Source: Lytechinus pictus | Lineage: Eukaryota | DNA: 64,000 bases | Reading direction: 5' to 3' | Assembly (NCBI RefSeq): GCF_037042905.1 | Contig: NC_087251.1 | Span: forward strand, 31,932,001-31,996,000 | In this document: one piece after another, positions 1-12,100 of the stretch | Numbering within the stretch: position 1 is the first letter of the stretch | How the letters are laid out: every line of letters starts with the position of its first letter | Made by a program: the position numbers and the translations under genes | Notes under the pieces: generated by a model | The model's input: the letters and a program-made list of their open reading frames with translations, nothing else | Databases searched by the model: none | Told to the model about the DNA's origin: nothing

Positions 1-421
1 TCAGTTGAAAGTAAGCAGAACACAAAATTTACACAATTTTCAGGAAACATAATTTCCTGACAAAAAAGTCTGAAGTTCAAAAAGTATGGTAAGGTTAGGT
101 GCCCCTTGTCTGCGCGATTTTAGCAATAGAAGATACGCAGCGACCACAGAATTTACACATTCAATACATAGAAGATATTCATTAAAAAATCTGACTCAAA
201 ATGGTGGAATAATAGTGAATTTCGGGCATTTCATGTTACAGCCTCAAAATGTAGCCTTTCTCATCAAAATCCCCATATCATGTGTATTAAAAGTGAATGG
301 GTGCCCAGACATGGGGCACCATTTTTTGTTCAATCTGAAAATGACTGGCCAAGGTCTTTTTTTCCAAGAAAATCACATTTCTTTCAAATTTTTATGAGAT
401 TTTTGGCACACTTACTAATAA

Positions 422-997
422 AGGTTAAGTCCACTTCAGAAAAATGTTGATTTAAATCAATAGAGAAAAATCAGACAAGCATAATGCTGAAAATTTCATC
501 AAAATCGGATGTAAAATAAAGTTATGACATTTTGAAGTTTCACTTATTTTTCACAACATAGTTATATACACAATTTAGTCGCATGCAAATGAGAGAATCA
601 ATGAAGTCCCTCACTCACTATTTCTTTTGTTTTTTTATTGTTTGAATTACACAATATTTCAATTTTTACGGATTTGAGAATGAGGACCAACTTGACTGAA
701 CCATAAAATGTTAAACAATGGTAGTTCCACATGTTCAGGGGGAAATGAGGAGAAAATTAGAATATTTCATATTTCATACAATAAAATACAAATGAAAGAG
801 TGAGTGAGTGATGTTATCAGTTCCGTCATTTGCATACCGACCGGGATGTGCATATAACTGTTTTGTGAAATTAAGCGAAACTTAAAATGTCATAACTTTC
901 TCATTTTACATCCTATTTTGATGAAATTTTCAGTGTTGTGTTTTCTCTTTTTATTCAAATCAACTTTTTGTTGGGGTGAACAGACAGTACTTGTCCG
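422..997. mobile_element. TTAA-specific MITE with AGG...CCT-type ends (Kolobok-like), family copy 1
   Basis: Starts aggttaagtccacttcagaaaaatgttg, ends ggggtgaa...acttgtccg|ttaa; internally palindromic; related copies at 12062-12601, 22192-22776 and about 27664-28238. Confidence 0.7.
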
Positions 998-1001
998 TTA
1001 A

Positions 1002-1811
1002 CCCTAATTCTCCGGGGGGGGGGGGGGCCATAATGCCCCCCCCCCTCGATAATTTTCGCGATATATCTGCTGCGCAAAATTTTTTGACCTGGCCGGCTGG
1101 CCGCTCACTGACTTTTTACTTTCAAGTCTCGCGCAAATTTTTTAGACCAAATTTGTGACGCCCGGGTACGCGGTTACGACATTACACAACATTATGTAAG
1201 CATGTCAGACCCAAAATTGCTCATAAACGTGATTTCATCTACAAATCCAATGCAAATTGTGTATTTAGCCAAAATTCACAAATGTATTTAGCCAAAATTC
1301 ACAAATGTATAATTATTTCTACTTTTACTGATTAAACTTAATTAATTTTGCCTTGTTTATGATCAGAATTAAGTCTGGAACGATTTCCACCGTAAAAACA
1401 ATAAAAAAACATAAAGTAAAAAACAAAGAAATACATTAGAAATTAAAAAAAACAATAAAATACATAAGAAATTGGTCTTGGTACCAGAATTTTTCTATTC
1501 ACAATTGTTAGGAATGCTCTAAAGAATATTTTCACCAAAAAATAGCATTCTAGGAGCTTTATTTAGTGAATCAGAGCAAAAAGTATGATTTCATGAATAA
1601 ATTAGCATAATTAATTCATATAAAATAAAAATATATGAATTCAGTGAAATTTACCAATGCAACTGCGTAGATTACGTCATTCTCTACCATCATGCAAATT
1701 TTCGTTGTGATCGCGCAATCCGCGGCTGAGATCTTAAGGGGGGGTCATAATGCCCCCCCCCCCCCCCCCCCCGGGAATTACAAGAATCAAAATACCCCGG
1801 GAGATTTAGGG
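1002..1811. mobile_element. Non-autonomous piggyBac-type element
   Basis: TTAA (998-1001)|CCCTAATTCTCCGGGG ... CCCCGGGAGATTTAGGG|TTAA (1812-1815); CCC/GGG termini with TTAA duplication; GGGGG(C/T)CATAATGCCCCCC motif near both ends. Confidence 0.85.
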
Positions 1812-2217
1812 TTAAGAATTAAGAATATGAACATTATCAACTGAAAATTTTTGGGAAATAAAAAGAAATTCATGTTAAATCTTAACTTCAATAGTTAAGC
1901 GCGCAGACATGGCCCCCTTCATACATTGAAATAATGAAAAGCAAAGAAATATTGTTTTGAAAAAAAAATCTGCCCATCAAATCTGTTTGCTGTGTTGCTC
2001 TTGTTGTTTGAATATAGATCTTGCCCCAATCTGCCTTTATTCTTTTATTTTTTTTATGTTCCATGGGTTTATATGTTTTAATCCTGTTAATCACTTGTAT
2101 ATACTAGTATTGTGATTTTGGATGATTTATTTCAAGAAAATCTTGAATGTTTAGGCCTTTAAAAAATTCTTTATCTGCTTTGAAACTTCATGATCCCAAT
2201 ATTTTCGCTATTAAGAC

Positions 2218-3845
2218 AGTATGGTTTGGAGGCCTATATCTCACTGAACACAGAATGTGAGGTTTAGAATGACAAAAACATTACATTTTTCTTTTAGAAA
2301 AGTAGAAAAAAAGAAAACAGAAAACTTGGGTCTCCATTCTAAGCATAATATAGGCTACTCATTCTGAATGTCCAAAACTCTAAGCCCAGATATAGCTCTA
2401 ATTACAATTATCCTTTACATGTATGATTTCATTACAATGGCAGAGCAAATATCTCATCTTTGTTTTTTAATGTACTTTGACCTCTATGGATCAATAAAAG
2501 TAGTGCTTGTGACCTAGGTATTACTCCATAAATTCTAAGGATTACAAAGACATAAAACATGTGTGTAGGGATGCTCCTCTGTAAAAAAGATCTGAGCTGC
2601 AAGGTTCCATTTGTCATCTGTGTCTGTGATAGGTTTTGTCTGTCCCAATATTTTTGCTATGGTATTTATCTTTATCGTATTTGAAAAAGTATGGTTTGGA
2701 GGCCTACATCTCACTAAACACAGAATGTGAGGTGTAGAATGTTTAATGAACACTGACAGAAACATTACATTTTTCTTTTAGATAGGTAGAAGAAAAAAGA
2801 CAGAAAATTTTGGTGTCTATTCTAAGCATAATCTACTCATTCTCACTATGTCTAAGACTCTTACTTCAGATATAGCTCTTAGTCTTACTACAAATTTTTG
2901 TGTATGATTTCATTACAATGATGAAGCAAAAATATCACCTTTGTTTTTTAATGTACTTTGACCTCTATGGATCAATAAAAGTAGTGCTTGTGACCTAGGT
3001 ATTACTCCATAAATTCTAAGGATTACAAAGACATAAAACATGTGTGTAGGGATGCTCCTCCAACTTTCAGATTCCAAGACCTGTGCTTTTGTAGAGAAGA
3101 AGTGTAATAGCTATATCTACATTTTATAAGTAGGCTTTAATTCAGATTTGCTGAATTGCAGAAGAAAAAAAGACCTTTGTGTTCCTTACCTTCAGTTACA
3201 TGTATTTGCCAGGTGCAGGGGTTGAATGTTGAGGTACAACCCCACAAATAATTTAAAAGATAAGGTATTTGACTTAAAAAGATCTGAGCTGCAAGGTTCT
3301 ATTTGTCACCTGTATCTTTTGTCTGTCCCAATTTTTTTGCTATGGTATTTATCTTTATCGTATTTAAATACATGTGTGAGTATGGTTTGGAGGCCTACAT
3401 CTCACTGAACACAGAATGTTGGGTTTAGAATGTCCAATGAACACTGTCAAAAACATTACATTTTTCTTTTAGAAATGTAGAAGAAAAAAACACAGAAAAC
3501 TTGGGTCTCCATTCTAAGCATAATGTACTCATTCTAAATGTCTAAGACTAACTTCAGATATAGCCTAGCTCTGAGTCTTACTACAATTATCCTTTTCATG
3601 TATGATTTCATTAGTCATTACAATGATGAAGCAAAAATATCATCTTTGTTTTTTAATGTACTTTGACCTCTATGGAACAATAAAAGTAGTGTGTGTGACC
3701 TGGGTATTATTCCATAAATTCTGAAGGATTACAAACAAAGACATAAAACACTTTGTGTGTGTAGGGATGCTACTCCAATTTTCAGATTCCAAGACCTGTG
3801 CTTTTGTACAGAAGAAGTGTAATAGGTACATCTACATTTTATCAT
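2218..3845. repeat. Local tandem triplication of a roughly 400-700 bp block
   Basis: gtatggtttggaggccta...ttgacctctatggatcaataaaagtagtg...ggattacaaagacataaaaca recurs at about 2218, 2688 and 3380. Confidence 0.85.
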
Positions 3846-5744
3846 GCCCCCCCCAAAAAATAAGGGGACAAAAATTATTTGATGCTTTAAAGATTTAAGT
3901 GAAATGTTTAGTGACCAGAAACGGGTCATGAATTTAATATCATGTACTATAATGTGTTTATAATCTCCCCATATTATTCAGTAAATTATGATATATCAGT
4001 CACAGATATCTTGAAAGTGTCTGCGCATTTTTTTGTTTCTCATGGGTGCTTTTTGATCCATATGAAAAATATCAAATACAACATGAATCAAAGTTCAGTA
4101 TTTTTTTAAAATAAGACCTTTGTAATGTTAGTGTATGCCTTAATAGCAATAATTCAAGTGTCTATGTACTCAGAAAAAGTAGGGAAGAAGGGATAACAAC
4201 TGATCTGTGTTAAGAGAAAGGGGTATTCCTTTCACCTATCAAACAATATATCTTAAAGGATAAGGGTGCCAGCAAAATTACTAAATAAATGAGGTGCATT
4301 CAGACAGATATTTGTGAAAACATGCTATGAATAGTCATTGACAATGTATAGTACTATAGTCCACCTATTGAATGAAATATACTTTTCCAAATTGCACCTC
4401 AAGTTTTGTGTGTCATTTATTCATTTGTTTTATATGATTTATTCATTTATTAGGGGGGGGGGTCTGATCCCTTCAAACAACAACAATGACTTTTATTGAA
4501 ATTGACAATTATAAAGATCAGATTGAAACTACTAATTAATACTTGTTGCTTTTATCGATTGCTTTCAAATTTCATTCCTTTTGCTGTTCGAACCCATTTT
4601 AAATTGGTGTTCTTCAAACTCAAGTTTATTATCCCAGTGTGTATAATTGACATGTACTGGTACTAGTTTGTTTAATATTTGTCTCGCCTGTATAGCAGAA
4701 GTTAGTCCACCTCCTGGACTGTTGTTATTTTGTACGATACGACTACCAAACACATAACACACTACATCCCCATAACACGCATACACACACCCACTGAATA
4801 ATCACATGAAACTTTCTTTTTTTTCGGGGAAAGTGAATCAGTGGGTTAGGTGAATCACTGGGGGTAAGTGATCAGTGGAGGGCGTGTGCGTGTTGGTTAT
4901 GTGTGCGCGCGCGGGTACGGTCCGATCCGATAGGATTTGCCCAATCAATAAAAATCGTCCAGCACGTGGACTAAGCAAAAGTGAGATCTTTGTTCCATTT
5001 TTTCTGATATCATCAAAATTAAATCTTAGTGAATGTAACTCAGTATCTATTAGGATCTTTATTACGATCTATTTCTTGAAAATTGGACATAAAGATAATC
5101 AACTTTCACTGATTGTTTTGTATTAATACTGTAGGTCAAATTTAGGCAAAAGGTCATTTGCTGTCAAACTTCAGTTTTTGTAATTAAGTAGATCATTAAT
5201 CATTTTATTCTTTAATTTTGGCATATCTATTTTATTTTCATCTTCTAATCAAAAGCTTGTTGTAAAGTGATATTTTGTCATAACTCAAAATTTCATAAGT
5301 AAATTTTCATTCATTACCTTCTTCCTTGAAGCTTGTTTGTCAATATATATATGTATATGCTTGCATGTGTATTTACATGGATCACTTTATATTCAATTCT
5401 AGAGCAAGGTCATTTTGCTAAATGGAGCTTATTTCTTAATACAGCACAAATAGGGAGAGAAAAAAAGGACACTGAAATTTTCCAAAGAGTAGGGGAGGTT
5501 CATCAAAGCCACTCAAAAGGGCATCCAGAATATTTCCATTTCATGGCCTTGGATTATTACAATGTATGATAAAAAAGAATTTTAAAAAATGTCACAAAGT
5601 AAACAATGGTGTGAATTGCTTCCCACTTCTCTACAATTTAGGCCTACTGTATGTATGTATTCAATTTTTTAATGCAGGTTCAAGTTGAAGCACTGTGTAA
5701 TCTCACATATCAATTTAATTTGAATATGTTTGACCATCTATTTC

Positions 5745-6060
5745 TATATGCTTGTCCTAGATGACGGAACTTATTATGGTATCACATTTTGTGTCCTTCC
5801 GTCTGTCACAGTGACATGTTTTCATCTTGCCCTTCTGAAGTCCTTGTAAACACGATAACTTTAGTTTAACTTAACCGAGGCTCATGTAATTTGGTTTGTA
5901 TGATACAAGCATGGATCCCAGGAAGCCTATTGATTTTTAGGTCAAAAGGTCAAAGGTTAAGTTGCCACCTTTGACTTTTCACTTTTCTTGCTTGACCAAA
6001 CTCCATTTTCCGTGTTACAGGTGGGCGTATTATGTGCTCGCCCTAGCGACACTCTTGTTA
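5745..6060. mobile_element. HINE/DINE-1-like (Helentron-associated) element, family A, uninterrupted copy
   Basis: Homologous to 7095-7960: subterminal inverted repeat, GTCY microsatellite remnant, 3' stem-loop ctcgccctagcgac. Confidence 0.6.
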
Positions 6061-6145
6061 CCTCCATGGTTTGACTGAAATTTTCTAAATATATTGAAAT
6101 GTTTTTGATTAATTTTTTTTTCTCTCTTTCTGAAAATATCTACAG

Positions 6146-9100
6146 TATCAGCGACTGAAAGCTGATCTTGAGGAGGAGTTTGGCTCCGACGTTGAGATGG
6201 TGAGTTTACTGTTTGTGATCAATGGAGGAAGATTTCTGAGTCCTATGTTGCAGTTGATGTACAATATTCTAGGACAGCTACTCCCTAGACATCCACCTTC
6301 CAGACAACATCCCCAAGGGGAACTACTGTATGCTCTTTGAAGAGTAACCCTTAGGACAACCAACCCTTTAGGATAACTGCCACATAGGATGACCACCTTG
6401 TAGGAGATCTACGCCCTCAGAACCTTGATGACTTTCACCCCACTCTACCCCCCCCCCCAGGAATTCACCCCAGACATCTACCCTTAGAAGAACTTTCCTA
6501 TAGAATAAGTACCCCTTAGGACAACCATTTTCAAGGGTAATCACTCGGTACATATACCCGCCGAGACAATAGTACATCCACCCACGGACATCTACCCCTA
6601 GATATTCAACCCCGGATATCTACCCCCAGAAAACACCAGGAAAAATTATCCCCGGACAACTATCCCCAGACAAATACCCCATACAGCTTCTCCATGAGAA
6701 CTTCCCCCATAAGTTTCCATTGTCAATCACCCTTGCACCAAAAAGGGTTTAAAACCTAACTACATTTTTTAACCTCATTGATCTCTATATAAAGGCCAAT
6801 CTCTGATCTCCATGTAAGGTGGCATTGCTCCTATAGAAGAGTTAAGGTCCAGTTTTTCAAAATTCTGACACCCCCTATGATAATTGCCTTAGCCTTCAGT
6901 TCTCTGGGGTTTTTGTTTTCCAGCAATGGATGTTGTAGAGGTACGCTTGTCTAGAGAAGTTGTCCAGGAATGGTTGTCCTAGGACAATATTGTCTGGGGG
7001 TAGTTTAGATGGTCGGTGGTAGATATTTGGGGCTGGATGTCCTAGGGGGAGATGTCCTGTGGTTGATGTATGGGGAGATGGTTATCCTAGAGGGTTTATA
7101 CGCCTGTCCTAGACGGGACATATTATGGCTTCATGCTCGATGTCCGTCTGTCTGTCCGTCCGTCTGTTAACTTTTCCTTGTAAACACAATAACTTCAGTT
7201 TAACTTAAAGGAAACCAAAACTCAAGAAGAGAAGCAAACTTATTGGAAAGAGTAAAATGAGAGGAATAATTTAAAAAAGTTTCATCAAAATCGGTTATGA
7301 AATAAGCAAGTTATGGACGCTTAAAAAGTCTTGTACTTTCTATGGGGATCCTCAAATTGGCAAACGTGCTTCAAAATGGCTGATTTTGTGGACAACTCTC
7401 CATTTGTTTGTACACAAATTTTCAGATTTTCCCCTTTATTTTACATATTTCACATTATCTCCTCCTGACCTTGACATATGTGATGTGAATTATATTTTCC
7501 CATGACATATGTTGTGCTCAGGAGGCAAGATGCAATTTGAAAGATAATGAGGAAAATCTAAATATTTGTTGATAAAATAAATGGAGAGTTGTCCACAAAA
7601 TCAGCCATTTTGAAGCACGTTTGCCAATTTGAGGATCCCCATAGAAAGTACAACAAGACTTTTCAAACGTCCATAACCTGCTTATTTTATAACCGATTTT
7701 GATGAAACTTTTTTAAAATTGTTCCTCTCATTTTACTCTTTCCAATAAGATTGCTTCTCTTCTTGGGTTTTGGTTTCCTTTAACCTAGGCTCATATAATT
7801 TGGTGTGTATGATACTAGCATGGATCCCAGGAATTCTATCTATTATAAGGTCAGAAGGTCAAAGGTGAAGTCGCTACCTTCCACTTTCCTTGCTGGACCA
7901 ATAACTCCATTTTCAGCGTTAAGGCGGGCGTAATATGTGCTCGCCTTAGCGACACTTGTTTAAATTTACATTGATTATCTGTTGTGTCTATTACAGACCG
8001 GTGTATCAACTCCAGAAGTCACTGGATATCTGGAGGTTGAGGTCAATGGAAGTCTTGTTCATTCTAAAAAGGTAAAATCAAGTGATTTTGTATAATGTTG
8101 AATTTATTGGGACAAGTAAACATGCAAGTAAAATATGCCCGGTGTGTGTGTGAGTGTGTATGACTTTAGTAGTCTCAGCTCATTGGATGGGGACAAAGGA
8201 GTAGTTGGCAAAAATAAACCAATAAAGAGAGAGATAATATGGATGAGAAGAAAGCAGATTCTGAAATCATACTCTAACTATTCAATGTAAAACTCTACTT
8301 CTTAAAAATGTTAAAGGGATACTTCAGGCTGAAGATATTATGATTTGAACAGGTTAAATAAAATTAGACAAATAAATCACAGAAATTTTTAAGGAAAAAT
8401 GGAAAAGGAATAACAAAGTTTATTACTTTTAAAAGTTTTGCCTCAATTTGATAAAACAGTTCCATACATGTCTTCATGAATATGCAGTGAGCACGCTTAT
8501 GGTGTCATATCCCCACTTATTCTTTGTATTTGATTGTATGGATTATGAAATCATATTTATGTACATTTTGTTTTCCCAAGAATAAATATAGTTCAATAGA
8601 CTATTGATTTAATGTGTAATGTAATCACAGCTGCAGCTGATTTTTGTCTCGCCTGCATAGCAGAGCGAGACTATAGGCGCCGCTTTTCCGACGGCGGCGT
8701 CAACATTGAAATCTGAACCAAGGTTAAGTTTTTGAAATGTCATCATAACTTACAAAGTATATGGACCTAGTTCATGAAACTTATACATAAGGGTCATCAA
8801 GTATTACTGAAAATCCTGCCTGAGTTTCAGGTCACATGACCAAGGTCAAAGGTCATTTAGGATCAATGAACTTAGAGCATGTTGGGGAAATCAATATAAA
8901 AATCTTAACCAAGGTTAAGTTTTTGAAATGTCATAACTTCGAAAGTATATGGACCTAGTTCATTAAACTTGGACATAAGGATGATAGTGTATCATTGAAG
9001 ATCCTGCCTAAGTTTCAGGTCACATGACTAAGGTCAAAGGTTATTTAGGGTCAACGAACTTTGATAATGTTCGGGGTATTTGTGAAATTGTCATAACTTA

Positions 9101-12100
9101 AAAAATTTATAGATCTAGTTCATAGAAACTGGGGACATAAGAGTAACCATGTATCCCTGAATATATTGTGCTTGTTTCAGGTCACATGACCAAAATCAAA
9201 GGTCATTTAGGGTCAATGAACTTTGGCCATGTTAGGGGAATTTGTTGAATTGGCATCATAACTTAGAAAGTTTATGGATCTACACATGTAGTTCATGAAA
9301 CATAGACATAAGGGTAATCAAGTTGTTTTGCACATGTCTGAGGTCACATGATCATGTTCAAAGGTCATGTTGGGTAAATGGACATAGTATTTTATTATCA
9401 TATGAGTGTTTTCTTTTATGAATAATTATTTAATAGCTGTTTTCAAAGTCAGCACTGCTGGTATATCAAATCCTGTAATGCAGGCGAGACTGCCAGAGGC
9501 GTTCCACTTGTTTTTACTAGGGATAGAAGACAAATTATACCCACATGTATGAAGATATGAAATATCATTTCATGTAAATCATCTGCCGATGCATTGCATA
9601 TTCATGAAGATACTAGCAGAGCCCGTGGAAATTCCACGGGTTTTGGGGGTGTGATTAAGTTAAATAGAATTTGTTGTAGATTGACATGTTTATTCAAGAT
9701 AGGGAAAGAAATAAACATTTGAATTTGTTAAGAGAAGGTTGTGGTTTGAAAGGAATGTGAAAGTTAGGTTTTTATTTGAAGTCGTAATTTGTTTTGAAAA
9801 ATATATGATTGATTAAAGGTAATAGTGAGAAAGTAAAAAGTGATAAAGAGTCTAGGATTTCGGTTAATAAAAGAAATACAGATAAGAGAATTAAAATGCT
9901 ATTGAAGTTGGATGAATATGATATTTAGTTAAAGTGGGGTTTAAAAATATTGCCCCTTATTTTAACTATAAAAAGGGAAGTTTAAAAAATTTTATTTACT
10001 TGTTCAACGTATTTCATTGCATTAATTGAAATTCATTTTATCGCCCCCGCCTTTTATTATTATTATTATTTTTTTTTTTTTACTGTTTTTTAATTTCCAT
10101 TGGTCCCAAAAAGTAAAGAAGGAAGAAAACATTTTTAAAAGACGCAAGTTTATTTTTTTTTATTTATTATTATTTTTTGGTCCCCTTTATCACTAAAAAA
10201 AAGGATTAAAGAAAGAAAATAATAAGGAAGTATAAAGGAAAGGAAGGACGAAAGAAAAGAAAGAAGAAGAATTGAAAGGTAAAGAAACGATAAATAAAAG
10301 GGAAAAAGAAAGAACAAAGTGAAAGGAGTCAAAGGGAAAAAATGTAAAATAAAAAGAAAAAAGTATGAAAGCAATTGGGAAAAAACAAAGAAGCCGTAGT
10401 TGCGATATGGACTGAAGTTAGCTATCATAATGATGTGAACCTGCCGCGCGGACACACAGGCGCCGCAGCGTAAACTGCCCCATCCTTCCTGAGGCAGGTT
10501 CACATTATTATGATCGCTAACTTTAGTCCATATCGCAACTACGGCGAAGGCGAAGTCCAACTGAGAATTCAAACGAAGGCGTCGAGATCTGCTGAAATTC
10601 AGGTTATGGATTGATTAGACATTTGGGAATAAAATTATTATATTGTGCCAAAATTAATTGGCGAAAATCGCCCGGTGCGAAAGTGCATTTCAGTTGTGAC
10701 AGAATGCCAAAATCTCATTTCACGTTCACTTTAAATTCTACACATGATTCAAATCAAAGATCTCGCCATGTTTTATATATTTGTCCTTTTAAACGGTATT
10801 CGAATGTGGGTACGCCTTGTTTTTGTTTTCCACAGTAATTTATTGCATGAACAAAAGTGAAATATTTGTTGTGAAGCACTGTGTGAATGTTGTGTGATCA
10901 TGGAGCTATGGTGTGATGGTATTCTAATTAATTCATCATTTTTGTCTCACCTGCATAGCAGAGTGAGACTATAGGCGCCGCTTTTCCGACGGCGACGGCG
11001 ACGGCGGCGGCGGCGGCGGCGGCGACGGCGGCGGCGGCGGCGACGGCGACGGCGGCGTCAACACCAAATCTTAACCTGAGGTTAAGTTTTTGAAATGACA
11101 GCATAACTTAGAAAGTATATGGACCTAGTTCATGAAACTTGGCCATAAGGTTAATCAAGTATTACTGAACATCCTGCCTGAGTTTCATGTCACATGACCA
11201 AGGTCAAAGGTCATTTAGGGTCAATGAACTTAGACCATGTTGGGGGAATCAACATCAAAATCTTAACCTAAGGTTAAGTTTTTGAAATGTCATCATAACT
11301 TAGAAAATATATGGACCTAGTTCATGAAACTTATACATAAGGTTAATCAAGTATCACTGAACATCCTGCATGAGTTTCACGTCACATGACCAAGGTCAAA
11401 GGTCATTTAGGGTCAATGAACTTTGGCCGAATTGGGGGTATCTGTTGAATTACCATCATAACTTTGAAAGTTTATGGATCTGATTCATCAAACTTGGACA
11501 TAATAGTAATCAAGTATTACTGAACATCCTGTGCAAGTTTCAGGTCACATGATCAAGGTCAAAGGTCATTTAGGGTCAATGAACTTTGGCCAAATTGGGG
11601 TATTTGTTGAATTACAGCCATAAATTTGAAAGTGTGTTGGTCTAGTTCATAAAACTTGGACATTATAGTAATCAAGTATCACTGAACATCCTGTGCGAGT
11701 TTCAGGTCACATGATCAAGGTCAAAGGTCATGTAAGGTCAAAGAACTTTGGCCACGTTGGGGGTATTTGTTGAATTGCCATCATATCTCTATAAGTGTAT
11801 TGGTCTAGTTCATAAAACGTGGAAATAAGAGTAACCAAGTATCACTGAACATCTTGTGCGAGTTATAGTAGTTTTCAAAATCAGCACTGCTGCTATATTG
11901 AATCGCGTGATGCAGGTGAGACGGCCAGAGGCATTCCACTTGTTGTTATAAGACTGTAAACCTGGTGGATGTGAGGGAGTGGCCTGGATGAAAGGAAAAT
12001 GAACATGTGGCTAATTACTGATTTGCATATGTGCATTCCCTACATTGCATGCAAAGAGTAAAGGAGAAGTCCACCCGACCAAAAAATTAATTTGAATTTA

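Noticed and set aside
3624..3724. C/D box snoRNA candidate (ATGATGA ... CTGA)
   Set aside because: No terminal stem, the D box is absent from the two paralogous copies of the block, and no recognisable rRNA antisense element.
4886..4933. Frame reading VRVGYVCARGYGPIR*, reminiscent of the SelW N-terminus (VRVVYCGAUGY)
   Set aside because: No in-frame ATG nearby, no CxxU/CxxC spacing, ends in TAG with no usable donor, and lies in a (GT/GC)n low-complexity stretch; most likely chance.
10150..10572. 140-aa hydrophobic minus-strand ORF (also 18958-19392)
   Set aside because: Translation of low-complexity purine/pyrimidine tracts inside transposons, not membrane proteins.
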